Of a stretch of DNA of 64,000 nt, positions 49,543 through 58,800 are shown one piece after another; position 1 is the first letter of the stretch; each line of letters begins with the position of its first letter. The position numbers were made by a program, and so were the translations under genes. Under the pieces are notes generated by a model. That model was not told the origin of the DNA, did no database searches, and saw only the letters and a list, made by a program, of their open reading frames with translations. The stretch is from an uncultured Nitrososphaerota archaeon (lineage in GTDB: Archaea > Thermoproteota > Nitrososphaeria > Nitrososphaerales > Nitrosopumilaceae), in NCBI GenBank assembly GCA_963701075.1, contig OY969559.1:1024001-1088000 (forward strand). The letters run 5' to 3'.

Positions 49543-51327
49543 GATCTTGTTTCGTCTGGATAGTAAATTACTTCTGAGTTTGTAACTGCTTTTCCAGATC
49601 TGAAGAAATTCACCGCATTTAGGATTTTTGAGTTGTCTGGTTCTGTCCCATCAATACTTCCAGGAAGAATTAGGTGTATTCTGATTTTTGACTTGAGAAC
49701 ATCACTTAGTTCCTGATTGACTGTTGTGACAAAAGGTCTTAGTGCTCCTCTGAACACTTCTACTTTTGCTCTGTCTCTGCCTGTTACCTTGCTGCCTGAT
49801 GGCATGTCTGGACCAATTATTATGATGCTGCCTTCTTTTTCCTTGAAAAGAGGCGGGTTTTTTGCTCCCCCTGGAACAAATCTGTTAAGGACTTCTTGAA
49901 GGACAAGGGCAGGCGTGTTTATGAATTTGTCTACTAGGCCATCCCATTGTTGCCTTGATAGACTCTGTAATCTTTGGGACTTGAGGCAATTTTCCAGTTA
50001 CATAAATCACTGCATTTATTGGCCCTATCTTTTCTGTGGCTGTATTTAGCATTCTTTTCATGTTTTCTTGACTGTTGATATCCATCACATGCGAATGAAA
50101 CTTGGATAATCGTTCTTCAGCCTGCTTGATGCTGGTCTTTGAAATCAAAATTACAGTTTTTCCTCCATTGTTTTCAATATTTTGTGCAAGATGTTCTACT
50201 CTTGATACATCTGACTCTTCTGTGGCATCTACTACAAACAAAATTACTTTTGAGTTATAGTCTGGCTTGGTATCTGGTATTGAGCAAGCTATATGTGGTT
50301 TAACAGGATAGAAGACTCTGTCGCCTGGAATTACTTTGCCATTTAGAATCTTTGATATGTTTTCATCACATAGCATAAGGACAGTTTCAGCAACTTGCTG
50401 CTGTGACAAGAACTGTTCATCTGCAATCATTTTGCTAGTATTATTTTGAATCTTTTCTGCAATCTGTTGTATTTTGACCAAAAGCGAGGTGATTGTATTG
50501 TCAAGTTTTTGAATTTCTGGTTCTGACGTTATCGACTTTGTCTTTGCTAGCTTTGTTGTTGCTTGTCTTACTCCATTTTTTACTGTGTTCTCATCTTCGC
50601 CTAATAACGGAAGGATATCATTGTTGACCGTCTCTACTTCCTCTGGAGTTATATTTTCAAAACCACTGACTCGCATAAACTCTGCTGCTGCTTTTGGATA
50701 TACGGTTTTGTATATTCTGTCAGAATGAACTGGCCCAGGATTTGTAGCAATTGATATTATTCCTTTGTCTGTAAGCTCCCACGACATTGCCTCTGCAAGT
50801 CTATTCTTTGCTCCTTGAGAAGCTGTATATGGACTTCTAAACCTGTATGGTCTTTGCTCAAACGGGCGTTCTTCTGTGAAGAAAGTAGATATTGTTACAA
50901 TTTTGCATCCTGATTTCATGGATTTGATTGCCTGAGCTGAAGTCCAAAATGTACCGGTGAGGTGAATACCGACAGTACTCTTGAAATCACTCATTGGGGA
51001 ATTGGCAAAACATGTTACTGGACCTGAAACTCCTGCGTTATTTACTAAAATATCGACGGTTCCATGAGTCTTCTTTAAATCTTCAAACATTTGAGAAACC
51101 CCTGCCTCATCGCTGACATCAACTCCTGGGAAAATTTTCACAAACGCACCGCTTTTGGCTTTGTCAATTATTGGTTGCAGCTCCTTGGCAGCTTCTTCAA
51201 GCGGCTCCTTTCTTCTTCCTAAAATGACTATATTTGCACCATTTTCGGCAAATTTGATCGCTATTGCTTTTCCAATTCCAGTGCCGCTACCAGTGATAAC
51301 CACGAGTTTATCTTGGAACTTTAACAT
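49539..51327 (-). CDS. Tandem SDR oxidoreductase resembling the C-terminal half of bacterial malonyl-CoA reductase; +1 frameshift at 49962
   Basis: TGSGTGIG, NNAG, PYRFRSPY, PGPVHSDRI, helical insert and second degenerate SDR; deleting one base joins KITE to LSRQQWDGLVDKFINTP (595 aa). Confidence 0.85.
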
Positions 51328-51426
51328 TAACAGAATTTGGCATGTTTTGGACTATTTATTCGATTGTGCCTATGCGCTAGTGTTGGCACACTAATATTTA
51401 TTTGAGGGTCAAATTCAACCTGACGC

Positions 51427-51663
51427 ATGCACGATTCTGAACCTGATACTATTGTACGAAAAAACAAGCCAAAAGAATACTGTGATCTGTTGGAAAAGAT
51501 TGGGATAAATGCGGAACCAAAACAATTTGAGACAGACGAAGTTGAAAAAAGTGATTATTATTCAAAGTATTTCTCACATTCACCAGCTATGGTTACAAAC
51601 CATGGTTGTATAGATCTAAAAGGAAGTAACATCGATATTATTCAAATCATCCAGAAGGGTTGA
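51427..51663 (+). CDS. Hypothetical protein
   Basis: 78-aa ORF, first of a tightly linked pair. Confidence 0.7.
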   Translation: MHDSEPDTIVRKNKPKEYCDLLEKIGINAEPKQFETDEVEKSDYYSKYFSHSPAMVTNHGCIDLKGSNIDIIQIIQKG

Positions 51664-51664
51664 A

Positions 51665-52048
51665 ATGTCACAAGATCTAAATCCGTCACCTTGGGGAGCA
51701 CAAGACAGATTTCAAGCTCATTTTATTGTCAAAACTAAAAACCAACTAGCAGATACTGATGATCTTCTTGCCAAAACAAAACTAAATACCGAAGGACACT
51801 TTTCCACAAAGAAAGTATCTGGAATAGAATGGGTTGGAGGAAACCTTACAGCATCTCTAAATTCAGACGAAGAACTCAAAAACATGATTTTGAAGCTCCC
51901 TCCAAATGACGCCTTAATTTGGGTAGAGCCAACCAAGAAAGGAATTAGAATTCATGGTAAATGGAAGAGTAGTCAAGAATTGGGTATTACAAAAGAACTA
52001 TTCGATGTCTATGACAGGATAGCTTCTCATATCAAAAAACTTCTCTAG
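51665..52048 (+). CDS. Hypothetical protein
   Basis: 127-aa ORF starting 1 nt after the previous stop. Confidence 0.72.
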   Translation: MSQDLNPSPWGAQDRFQAHFIVKTKNQLADTDDLLAKTKLNTEGHFSTKKVSGIEWVGGNLTASLNSDEELKNMILKLPPNDALIWVEPTKKGIRIHGKWKSSQELGITKELFDVYDRIASHIKKLL

Positions 52049-52584
52049 GCTCGCCACCAGTCAAGTGCTAAGCAATCAATCTTATTTCCTCTTGGAATTG
52101 CAAGGATGAACTGCTTTCGAACGGTTGTAGCCAATCTACCTGCTAAAACAACTGCGGTTGCAGATATTGTATCTGTGGAATTGTAAACCTGTAACAAATA
52201 TGGTGCATGGTCAATACCTGGACCTTTTTGGTAAACTGCAAAATCACAACCAAACTTGATTCCGGGATTTATGATATATCCTTTATCTCTAAAATCTTTG
52301 TAAACAAGATATTTCTTGTCAAAGTTGTGATGCTCACGTCTACATATATCCAACATTTCATTTGGGACGACTTTCTTTTTAGCTTGATAGATCTTCAATT
52401 TTGATTTCTCTAGAAGATAATATCCTTCTATGAGATCTAAAATCAAAGGTACGTTAATCTCGTCAGGTTTTGGTTTTGTGATTCCGATTGGTTTTCCATA
52501 ATATCCGTTGACAAATAATGACTTTGATTCTTCCAAATCCCATACTACTATTCTGTTCTCGATTAGTTCTCCTTTCAAGTACAT
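52045..52584 (-). CDS. endA: tRNA-splicing endonuclease, catalytic subunit
   Basis: VYKDFRDKGY, GIKFGCDFAVY, PGIDHAPY, RLATTVRK (Tyr/His/Lys triad). Confidence 0.94.
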   Translation of the reverse strand: MYLKGELIENRIVVWDLEESKSLFVNGYYGKPIGITKPKPDEINVPLILDLIEGYYLLEKSKLKIYQAKKKVVPNEMLDICRREHHNFDKKYLVYKDFRDKGYIINPGIKFGCDFAVYQKGPGIDHAPYLLQVYNSTDTISATAVVLAGRLATTVRKQFILAIPRGNKIDCLALDWWRA

Positions 52585-52657
52585 CTATCACGAATAAGGC
52601 AATTGATTTTAGTGTTTACAAAATGTTGTAAAAAAAGAGAAAGATAGTTTCAAGATT

Positions 52658-53311
52658 TTATAGGCTAAGAGCCAGTAGAATGAATGAATCTGACACCTGA
52701 AGGCATTTGTCAGACATTTCCTCTATGCCTTCCACCACATCTTTTAGAAGCATTAGTTCCTTTGTAGTTGTAACCTCGTCCAAGACCTTTATGGTTAACG
52801 CGCGATATTTTTCATCTACCATTCTTTCCATCTTCTGGGCTTCGTGGGCCAGATCAATTGCAACTGTGGCATTACCGCCCATTGCACGAACAATTTCGTT
52901 TATCTTATAGATCTGGTCTACTGCCTGCTCAATCAATTCTGATAGGTCTTTTTCTATTTTTTCCTTCTTCAGCGTGGCTCCCTTTATGTTTGATAGCTTG
53001 AAGGCTATGCCTGTGATGTAACCTGCGATTTCATCCATCGTGTATGCAGTATTCAACAGGTTCTCTCTGTTCATCATGAGTCCACCCACATCTGCAATTT
53101 CGCGAGTTATTTTTCTGCGCAAAGCCTCAACTTCATCCTCGGTGTTCTTTATTCTCTCAAGAACTTGTTTTACCTCTGACTTGTCAGCCTTGATTATCAA
53201 CTCGGGAAGTGATGAGAGGTCCCTCACGGCGTTAAGGATCCTGTTTATTTCATCCTGCAAAACGGCAAGTGCCTTTCTCTTTGCCTGAACTTCAAGTTCT
53301 CCGCTGTACAT
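52658..53311 (-). CDS. DUF47/PhoU-like phosphate transport regulator
   Basis: Duplicated helical repeats with E-x3-E/D motifs, NRENLL, EEMSDKC. Confidence 0.82.
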   Translation of the reverse strand: MYSGELEVQAKRKALAVLQDEINRILNAVRDLSSLPELIIKADKSEVKQVLERIKNTEDEVEALRRKITREIADVGGLMMNRENLLNTAYTMDEIAGYITGIAFKLSNIKGATLKKEKIEKDLSELIEQAVDQIYKINEIVRAMGGNATVAIDLAHEAQKMERMVDEKYRALTIKVLDEVTTTKELMLLKDVVEGIEEMSDKCLQVSDSFILLALSL

Positions 53312-53382
53312 CTAGACGTTTAATTCTATGCCAGCAGCTAATAATCCTTACGTAAAGAGCTTTTGATCAAGTTAATCTTTAC

Positions 53383-55149
53383 TCAAAATTGTTTTTCATC
53401 TTGTACAACTTTCTTTTGGCTGTTGTACATGGTGATAACCTCATTCACAGAAGTAGCGTTTTCTGGAGTTTTTTCAAATCTGATCTTCCCAGTAAATTTG
53501 GGGAAACGCAAGGCAAGACCGCTACCTTTTCGTATCTTGTCTAAAGCTGCCTTGTGAATGGGGCTCAGTGTAATCTCAGAAGCAACTACTTCAATTACAA
53601 CTTCTGGTTCAAACCATACGTCTGCTTCAAGGCCACTGTCAATTCTAGGATCTTTTTTGATTATGATTTTGTCAGATAATATTTGATAGAATTGATCCAA
53701 GCTCTCATCTGTAAATCCGGTTCCGACTTTACATACACTGGGATAACTATCTGTCTCTTCGTCATATGTTGACAAGAGCAATGCGCCGTATCTGCCAGTT
53801 CTTCGACCGCGACCATAAAATGCACCTACTACAACCAAATCTAGAGAATCACCCAACTCATTTCTATATTCGCGTTTTAGTTTGAGCCAATTGCTTGCTC
53901 TGGCACCAGCTCTGTATGGAGAATCAAGTTGTTTGAGCATCAGTCCCTCGCAACCAGAGTTAATGGCGTTTTCAAGAAAGTCCTCTACCTCGTCATCTGT
54001 TTTAACTAACATCATAGGCATGACTTTGACAAAAGAATTGTCATTTACAATATTTTCAAGTATGTGTCGGCGTTCCTTATACGACATGTCTAAACAGCTT
54101 TTACTATCTACAAATAATACATCAAAGAAATTGACTGTTATGGGATAGTCCTGCACGGCCTTTGCAATGTCGTATTTCCGTCTTCTATGCATGAGCTCTT
54201 GAAAAGGTAAGAACTCTCCAGTGTCTTCGTTTATTGCTACTATTTCTGCCTCTAATATGACTTCGTTAGCCTTTATGGATTTTCCAATCTTCTCCACAAT
54301 GTCAGGATAATAATTGGTGATATTCTCAAGGCTTCTAGAATAAAGAATGATCTTGTCTTTTTGCATGTGGAGTTGAACCCGTTCTCCATCAAGTTTGTAT
54401 TCTGCTGCAAATTCTGTCTCTATTTTCTCGTGAGCTTCCTGTGCACTCTTTACTCTCTCAGCAAGCATGGGACGAATCGGACTGAAAACTGATACCTGAA
54501 AACTCTTCAACGCACTGGCTCCATTTTTTGCAACAGCCTCTGCTACTCTGCCCAAGTCACTGCAAACATTGTACGCATGTTCTAACAGCGGTCTATTTTC
54601 TTTTGAACCCGTAAATGCAATAGATAGTGCGTCAAGAATAGTATAATCTGCCACCCCTAATCGTAGGTTGGCTGTAATTATTTTTGCAATGAATCTTCCT
54701 TCTGTGGGGCTAGCGTCATTTAATAGACTAGATATGTACTTCATCTTCATATCTTGGGACCTGTTCCCCTTGAGTGACGCTATCTTGAATAAAGTGTCAT
54801 AAACTCTCTCTACGGTGATGTCTTCCTTGAGAAAAGTTGTTTGTGTTTTTTGTTCTAAGATATTGGCAGTAGCCTGACCAAAATCGCCGACTTTTTTGTA
54901 TTCGTGTTCTATCTTCAATACTGGGACTCCTGTTGATTTCGATAGTGCTCTAATTGCGATCTTCTCGGCAACTCCAATTTCTACTCCTTCGTGTTCGGGT
55001 CTCAACTTGCCTTGAAGCAAATATGCCACCTTTGAAATTATTTCAGATGAAGTGATCTTAAATAAATCTACTAGATGCTGAGTCAGTTCTAGCCGTTTAG
55101 TAGTCCCCTCCATGTATCCTAGAGTGTCAGCAACCAACGAGAATTTCAT
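53383..55149 (-). CDS. lig: ATP-dependent DNA ligase
   Basis: EYKLDGERVQ, EGLMLK, WLKLK, LRFPKF. Confidence 0.97.
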   Translation of the reverse strand: MKFSLVADTLGYMEGTTKRLELTQHLVDLFKITSSEIISKVAYLLQGKLRPEHEGVEIGVAEKIAIRALSKSTGVPVLKIEHEYKKVGDFGQATANILEQKTQTTFLKEDITVERVYDTLFKIASLKGNRSQDMKMKYISSLLNDASPTEGRFIAKIITANLRLGVADYTILDALSIAFTGSKENRPLLEHAYNVCSDLGRVAEAVAKNGASALKSFQVSVFSPIRPMLAERVKSAQEAHEKIETEFAAEYKLDGERVQLHMQKDKIILYSRSLENITNYYPDIVEKIGKSIKANEVILEAEIVAINEDTGEFLPFQELMHRRRKYDIAKAVQDYPITVNFFDVLFVDSKSCLDMSYKERRHILENIVNDNSFVKVMPMMLVKTDDEVEDFLENAINSGCEGLMLKQLDSPYRAGARASNWLKLKREYRNELGDSLDLVVVGAFYGRGRRTGRYGALLLSTYDEETDSYPSVCKVGTGFTDESLDQFYQILSDKIIIKKDPRIDSGLEADVWFEPEVVIEVVASEITLSPIHKAALDKIRKGSGLALRFPKFTGKIRFEKTPENATSVNEVITMYNSQKKVVQDEKQF

Positions 55150-55186
55150 CTGACGATTTTTACAAGCTGTAGGATAAAAGGTTGAG

Positions 55187-55489
55187 TTATTTTAGATGTA
55201 AATGTGTCTTGATTTTTAATCGTATTTCGGGAGTTCTTTTCAAAATGGTGTTATGAAAGTCTGAGGATTCTTCCAAATCTAAGTATCTCTTATTTCTCTT
55301 TAAAAACCCATCAAAGAAAACTCCACAGATATAGCCAATGTAAATCCCATATGCAAAGTCTTCAAGGTTAGATGTTACTGATACAGACTTGGACTCGGAC
55401 AAAACCATTTTTGGATAATCTAGTGCATATGTTATGATATCGTCAAGATTTTTTTCTTCGATCACACCCAAGCCCATATGAGTGCCCAA
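55187..55489 (-). CDS. Hypothetical protein
   Basis: 100-aa ORF with DFAYGIYIG pattern. Confidence 0.7.
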   Translation of the reverse strand: MGTHMGLGVIEEKNLDDIITYALDYPKMVLSESKSVSVTSNLEDFAYGIYIGYICGVFFDGFLKRNKRYLDLEESSDFHNTILKRTPEIRLKIKTHLHLK

Positions 55490-55556
55490 ATTTAGCTTGT
55501 ATTTAGAACTTCTGAAATTCTCGTTCGTTTATAAATAGGAAATAGAGAGCTTGATT

Positions 55557-55865
55557 ATGGGTGGAGCAAAGAAAAAATCCCCGGCACAAGCAGAAAAGTC
55601 ACAGACTGCAGAAGCCGCGAAGAAGGATGGTCAAAAGAAAGACAAGAAAGAACAGAAACAAAGAACAAACATTTCTGTAATCATAGATGAAGGGCAGGCC
55701 ATGAATTTTATAAAAAACTCCAAGGTCTTCACCGTACAAGAATTATCCAGACAAACAAATGTCAAAGTGTCAGCAGCAAATGCATATCTGCTAAACTTGT
55801 TAAAACAAGGATCAATAAAGAGAATAGGCGGATATAGCGGACATCATATCTATGTGCCGTCTTGA
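55557..55865 (+). CDS. rps25e: 30S ribosomal protein eS25
   Basis: MGGAKKKS basic N-terminus and winged helix (TVQELSRQTNVKVSAAN); TTTATAAA at 55528-55535 upstream. Confidence 0.85.
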   Translation: MGGAKKKSPAQAEKSQTAEAAKKDGQKKDKKEQKQRTNISVIIDEGQAMNFIKNSKVFTVQELSRQTNVKVSAANAYLLNLLKQGSIKRIGGYSGHHIYVPS

Positions 55866-56236
55866 GATATAGAAAATATATCACCAGGTTTAATTTCTCT
55901 TAACGCTTCCAAGTTTGACGTTATTTTGCCAACAAGTGTCATAAGTTTGGCAGAAGACACATCTTCTAAAAAGAAACAAATCGAACCGTTTGATGCCATA
56001 AAGCCGACTTCACCCTTTTTGAACTGTGTTCTGAGTTTTTCACCACCTGCAGTGAGAGATGTATCCATAAATGCAATGGAATTGCCCATCATGTGTGAAT
56101 TGCCCTCAAGTGGTAATGCTCTCAGTATGGAACCGACAGTTTTTGGTGCAAGATGACGTTTTAATTCCAATCTCATCTCTGCCTTTCCTTTCAGCGATAG
56201 TGTTAGATCAATTTTCGATACCGATCCAGCACTCAT
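55850..56236 (-). CDS. Cyclophilin-like fold protein
   Basis: LAPKTV...LPL...GEVGF...SICFF...LVGKI. Confidence 0.8.
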   Translation of the reverse strand: MSAGSVSKIDLTLSLKGKAEMRLELKRHLAPKTVGSILRALPLEGNSHMMGNSIAFMDTSLTAGGEKLRTQFKKGEVGFMASNGSICFFLEDVSSAKLMTLVGKITSNLEALREIKPGDIFSISQDGT

Positions 56237-56288
56237 TTTTGAAGGAGAGTATTATGAAATATATAACGTTTCTTGCCGTTCCATCTTA

Positions 56289-56798
56289 ATGTCTGATGAA
56301 CCTGAGGAAGTTAGTGTAGATACTGAAGAGGTTCCAGCAGAAGAAGAACCCGTAGAATCAATTTTACCACGAGAGCCAGAACCTGTAGAAGTTGTGTCTG
56401 AGGATGGTGTAGAAGAAAAACCGGTAACTAAGAGAGGAAAGAAAGAACTCTCGCCAGAAGAACTCGCAGAACAGGAAAGGCTACAAAAAATTATTGCCGC
56501 AAGAGAAATTATCGAGGTAGATCCAGTACATATTCCAATAGAATATGAAACTACAGGAAAGGGCAAGATCATGATAGGTCCTCCCACACTTACACGCTTT
56601 GAAAAAGCTAGGATTCTTGGAGCAAGAGCATTACAACTTTCTCTTGGAGCTCCACCGTTCATTTCAGTACCTAAAGAAGTAGCAACCTCTCTTGATTTAG
56701 CTTACACTGAACTTGAAAAACGTGTCATCCCAATTACAATAAGACGCGTATTGCCAAATGGTGATTTTCAGAATATTCCAATTGATCTCTTCGATTAA
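56289..56798 (+). CDS. rpoK: RNA polymerase subunit Rpo6/K with long acidic N-terminal extension
   Basis: LTRFEKARILGARALQLSLGAPP...IPITIRRVLP. Confidence 0.95.
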   Translation: MSDEPEEVSVDTEEVPAEEEPVESILPREPEPVEVVSEDGVEEKPVTKRGKKELSPEELAEQERLQKIIAAREIIEVDPVHIPIEYETTGKGKIMIGPPTLTRFEKARILGARALQLSLGAPPFISVPKEVATSLDLAYTELEKRVIPITIRRVLPNGDFQNIPIDLFD

Positions 56799-56854
56799 TG
56801 GATGATTTGTCGATAAGATTTTAATAGAATGTATAATTTGGTGTTTGGTAGAGT

Positions 56855-57175
56855 TTGTTGAGTGGAATTGAGGAAAACGTGCAACTAAACGATATGTCAT
56901 CCAATTCAAAAGATGGAAAATTGATCGCAATTAATCAACAACCAGTAATGGAGTGTGCACTGGACATTTTGACAGAATTGGTAAAACATAGGACCGTCAC
57001 TCTCAAGGCTAAGGGTGACTCCATACCTACAGCGGTGGCAGTGGCAAACGTGATAACTGAAAACATGATGAGGGGCAATTCTAAGATATCTGATATTGTG
57101 GTAGATAGTGAGAGCCAAGGAAATCACGGTCCGCTTGTCTCAATAATTGAAATAACTATAACCAAAACGAATTAG
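56855..57175 (+). CDS. Alba-family nucleic-acid-binding protein (divergent)
   Basis: VTLKAKGDSIPTAVAVA...VSIIEITI. Confidence 0.85.
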   Translation: MLSGIEENVQLNDMSSNSKDGKLIAINQQPVMECALDILTELVKHRTVTLKAKGDSIPTAVAVANVITENMMRGNSKISDIVVDSESQGNHGPLVSIIEITITKTN

Positions 57176-57588
57176 AAAGTACTTCTTGGACCCTTGAGGA
57201 GCATGCTTTCGCATTCCTTGCATATTGCCTCGTCTATGTTTGATTCTAGCTTGTGATGTATATCACAGATCAAAAGACTTGATTTTATGTAATTGCAGAG
57301 ACCTATGAATTTTGAAAGGCTAGAAGGTGTGTATGCCATATTAGATGCTAAATTGTTACAAATGTCACTTATCATATCTGATACTTCCTTGATTGCAAGA
57401 AGCTTGTTGATTAATTCCGGATCGCCTCTGGTCCCTCTTACATAGTTACTAATTGCAGCTTGAGTTACACCTAGCATCTTTGAAACTTCCTCCTCTCGTA
57501 TTTTATGATCCTCGATGAGCTTTTTAGCCAAGATAGCTCTTAATGCAGGAATTAGCGTCTTTGTTTCAATTTCAGCAGGTAAAAGCAT
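57172..57588 (-). CDS. XRE-type HTH transcriptional regulator with Cys/His tail
   Basis: LLPAE...IPALRA...LGVTQAAISNY...C..H...C..C. Confidence 0.85.
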   Translation of the reverse strand: MLLPAEIETKTLIPALRAILAKKLIEDHKIREEEVSKMLGVTQAAISNYVRGTRGDPELINKLLAIKEVSDMISDICNNLASNMAYTPSSLSKFIGLCNYIKSSLLICDIHHKLESNIDEAICKECESMLLKGPRSTF

Positions 57589-57671
57589 ACGGTTTTTTCC
57601 TTTGTAAAATATTTAAAGCTAATCTTTATCACCGTGATAACTTATTTGAGAGATTACTTCAGATCAACTGA

Positions 57672-58622
57672 TTGCAAGATATTTGTTCAAGGTTACAGTC
57701 ACTCGTATTTGATGCTGTTAAGAGATGCAAAGCTGAAAGTATTTCTCTATCGGGAGGTCTTGACTCATCAATCATTGCATCTTGCCTTGACGCCAAAACA
57801 ACTCAAGCATATGTCATGGTAGCGGCAGATTTTCCATCGACAGACTTGGTGCATGCCCAATTGGTTGCTAAGCTGAGTGGCCTGAAACTAACCATAATCT
57901 CTGCATCTATTGATGAATTATTACAAGCAATTGAACAAACAATCAAAATCCTACATGTTTTCAATCCTATAGAGATTCGGAATAACGTTGTACTTTATCT
58001 TACAATGAAAAATGCAAAGAATGATGGTTTCAAGTCTATTATGACAGGTGATGGAGCAGATGAGCTTTTTGCAGGCTATCACTTCTTTCAAAGGATGCAG
58101 CAGTCTGAACTACAAAAAGATCTTGAACGAATATGGAAAATAATGCATTTTCCATCCATGTCGATATCAAAGGCTCTCGGAATAGCCTTGCAGGCCCCGT
58201 TTCTTGATGAGAAAATTGTAGAATATGCAAAATCAATACCGCCCGAACTCAAGATTCATGAAGAAAATGACAAAAAGTATGGCAAATGGGTTCTGAGAAA
58301 AACATTTGAGGGCATGTTGCCACAATCAATTGTATGGAGAGACAAGGATGCAATGCAAGATGGCTCAGGTACAAATGGGCTAACACATTTTTTTGATAGT
58401 TTAATACCAGATTCTGTCTTTTTGGAAAAGACCAAAAAATATTTGGAAAAAGAACAAGCCGCATTATTATCAAAAGAAGCGCTTTATTATTATGAGATCT
58501 ATCGAAGATACCACGATTATCCTGCTAGACTTGGATTGTCGAAAAATAAATGTCCACATTGTAGTTATTCTGTTGAGGAGGGATCACATTTTTGCCGCAT
58601 GTGTGGGGCCTTTCCTATCTAG
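57672..58622 (+). CDS. Asparagine synthase C-terminal-domain protein with zinc ribbon
   Basis: SGGLDSS, TGDGADELFAGY, PFLD, KWVLR; CPHC...CRMCG; no glutaminase domain. Confidence 0.88.
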   Translation: MQDICSRLQSLVFDAVKRCKAESISLSGGLDSSIIASCLDAKTTQAYVMVAADFPSTDLVHAQLVAKLSGLKLTIISASIDELLQAIEQTIKILHVFNPIEIRNNVVLYLTMKNAKNDGFKSIMTGDGADELFAGYHFFQRMQQSELQKDLERIWKIMHFPSMSISKALGIALQAPFLDEKIVEYAKSIPPELKIHEENDKKYGKWVLRKTFEGMLPQSIVWRDKDAMQDGSGTNGLTHFFDSLIPDSVFLEKTKKYLEKEQAALLSKEALYYYEIYRRYHDYPARLGLSKNKCPHCSYSVEEGSHFCRMCGAFPI

Positions 58623-58762
58623 TCCTTTTTCCACTTGTTGGGTTTCCTTACAAAAATTCTTTTGCAGCCGTGACAACAAAAGTAATATTTTTTTCCTTTA
58701 TACTCATGTTCTAGAGCAAGTTTCTCATCAAGCTCTATACCACAGACTGGATCTACTGGCAT
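58619..58762 (-). CDS. YHS/TRASH-domain small metal-binding protein
   Basis: 47 aa MPVDPVCGIELDEKLALEHEYKGKKYYFCCHGCKRIFVRKPNKWKKD; below the ORF-track cutoff. Confidence 0.9.
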   Translation of the reverse strand: MPVDPVCGIELDEKLALEHEYKGKKYYFCCHGCKRIFVRKPNKWKKD

Positions 58763-58800
58763 GTTTTGATTCGTCTGTTATTTGTATTTAAAACTTACAA

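Noticed and set aside
51427-52048. Two adjacent ORFs as one frameshifted gene
   Set aside because: Clean TGA-a-ATG junction with a proper start and no AGCT or homopolymer at the break; treated as two genes
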